From: Scenedesmus sp. PABB004
Lineage: Eukaryota
DNA: 64,000 bases
NCBI GenBank assembly: GCA_014905635.1
Contig: JABVCE010000003.1
Span: 992,001 to 1,056,000, forward strand
Reading direction: 5' to 3'
Position 1 is the stretch's first letter; every line of letters begins with the position of its first letter. This document shows, in pieces, positions 62,287 to 64,000 of this stretch. The translations under genes were made by a program, and so were the position numbers. The notes beneath the pieces are model-generated. The model saw only the letters and a program-made list of their open reading frames with translations, searched no databases and had not been told where the DNA came from.

Positions 62287-62888
62287 TCATGACCCCGCCG
62301 GCGCCAGCTGCTGTGGGCGTTGCAGGGCCTGCTCCGGCGGCCGTGGCTGCTGGCCCTGTTGCTGCTGCTGCTGCTCTCGCTGCTCCCGCTGCTGCTGCAG
62401 CTGGCGCTCCAGCTGCTCAAACGCGCCGAGCGACGCCTCGACCATGCTTGCGCCCTTCTTGGCCGGCGGCGCGCCGGCAGCGGGCTGCGCCGCGCGCGGC
62501 GGTGGCGGCAGCGGCGGCGTGTGAGGGGGCGCGGGAATCCGGGAGCGCTGCCAGCGCGGGCGCCGCGTCCGCGGCGCGCAGCGCGCGCGGCGCGCACCCC
62601 GCCACCGTGTCGCGCTGCCCAGTCCTGGTGCGCGCGCAGGTCGGCGCGGTAGACCTCCCACACGCAGTGCTCGCAGCCGCTCTGGCAGCAGTCCTCGGGC
62701 CCCGGCTCAACAGGGCAGGCTGGCGGCGCGGCGCCGCTGCTGCCGCCGCTGCTGCCACTGGCGCCGCGCACGGCAGCTGTTGGGGCGGCCGCTGCTGCTG
62801 CCGGGTGCCACGCGCGTCCCGCGCCGGCAGGCGTCAGGCCGCCCCAGCAACGTGCGGCGCGCCTGATCAGGGCGGCGCACGCGGGCAT
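62287..62888 (-). CDS. Oxidoreductase-like domain-containing protein (OXLD1-type), likely mitochondrial, 2 exons
   Basis: PVEPGPEDCCQSGCEHCVWEVY motif; C-terminal SLGAFEQLERQL; alternative upstream in-frame ATG near 63084. Confidence 0.8.
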
Positions 62889-63226
62889 GCGCGCCGCCGC
62901 GTGGTCGCCGGCGCCGCGCGCGACGTCGCTGCCTGCGCTGGGCGACCACGTCGGGAGCAGGCCTCCACTGTGCGCCAGCGGCGGCGGTGCGCTGCGGGGC
63001 CTGGGCGGCGCTAGGGCTGCGGCGCTGGCCGCAGCGCGGCGCGGGCTTTGCGCGCTGCGCAGGGCCGTGTGTGCAGTGAACATGGCAGGGCAGCCAGCCC
63101 TGGCCAGAAATGGTAAAAAGGCCTGAACCCCGCCGCCGCCGCCGCTGCGCCGCTGCCGTCCGCCGCCGCAGCGCACGCCGCCCAGACCCTGTCCGCCCTC
63201 CCGCACGTGAAGAGCAAGCAGCGCGC

Positions 63227-64000
63227 ATGACGGATGACGCGCCAGCGCACGCGGCGGCCGACACGCCGACGGCAGCGGCGGCAGCAGCGGCGGGCAAATA
63301 CGCGCCGCCCGGCAGCGCAGCAGAGGGCTCCGAGGAGCTGGACAGCGACTGCGTGCGGGACATAGAGGTCACCGACGACCGCACGCTGGTGCGCGCTGGG
63401 GCGGCGGCAGCGCCGCGCGGCGCGGGCGCCGTCGCCCGACGGCGCGTCGCGCCGCCTGCGCCACGCAATGCAGCGCATCGCCGAGCGGCATGCGTTTGAG
63501 AACGACGCCGGCTGCGTGTGCTGGGACGCGGGGCTGGTGCTGGCGCACTATTTGGTCAAGGCGGTGGCCGAGCTCGGGTCGATGAGCCTCGCTGACAAGT
63601 CTATCGTCGAGCTCGGCTCCGGCACGGGTGGGCACCCAGCAGCAGCGGCAGAGCTGCCCGCGAGAGGGCGCCGCCGGCACCAACGCTGCCACGCCGCCTG
63701 CCGCCGCCGCTAGGAGTGGTGGGCCTGACCGCGGCAGCGCTCGGTGCGCGGCGCGTGCTGCTGACGGACCTGCCTCACGTGCTGCCGCAGCTGCGGGGCA
63801 ACATCAAGCGCAACGGGCTGCAGGGCGTGGCTGAAGCGGCCGCGCTCGAGTGGGGCCAGCCGCTGCCGCCGCCGCTCGCGGGCGTGCCGCCGCCCGACCT
63901 CGTGCTGGCCAGCGACGTGGTTTACTCCGAGGCCGCCGTGCCGGCGCTGCTGACCAGCCTGCGCGCGCTCATGGGCGCCGGCACGGTGGCGCTGGTGGCG
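63227..64000 (+). CDS. METTL21/VCPKMT-like (family 16) protein-lysine methyltransferase, 3' end beyond the window
   Basis: GCVCWDAGLVLAHYL; IVELGSGTG|VVGLTAAALGA..LLTDL; LEWG; DLVLASDVVY. Confidence 0.9.

Overview
Eukaryotic, extremely GC-rich (roughly 80% by eye), gene-dense nuclear DNA with many short spliceosomal introns (~100-135 nt). The style fits a chlorophyte green alga, probably Sphaeropleales-like (inference). The ORF track is mostly GC-driven noise, so I assembled about 17 spliced genes by hand. In order: FANCJ/RTEL1-type helicase (+), ML/NPC2 lipid-binding protein (-), phytol/farnesol kinase (+), ATG101 (-), cereblon (+), SMYD-like SET protein (-), secreted FG-GAP-like protein (+), coiled-coil protein (-), SANT protein (+), Cys-rich GCC2/GCC3 + PAN secreted protein (-), a ~21 kb BIG/UBR4 E3 ligase (-), TPR + tandem PRMT (+), Whirly (-), SKIP24-like F-box (-), an unknown membrane protein (+), an oxidoreductase-like domain protein (-) and a METTL21-like methyltransferase (+, truncated by the window end). 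Most notable: (1) Whirly lies antisense inside a PRMT intron and seems interleaved with it, with a palindromic two-strand branch-point site; (2) the PRMT has its intact catalytic domain C-terminal, the reverse of PRMT7/9; (3) GGTAA recurs as a candidate poly(A) signal; (4) GC-AG introns are frequent; (5) a diverged direct repeat flanks the FG-GAP-like gene; (6) gene strands alternate almost perfectly, with ~340 bp divergent spacers. Exon boundaries are hand-inferred. Several frame breaks at G/C runs look like assembly errors.
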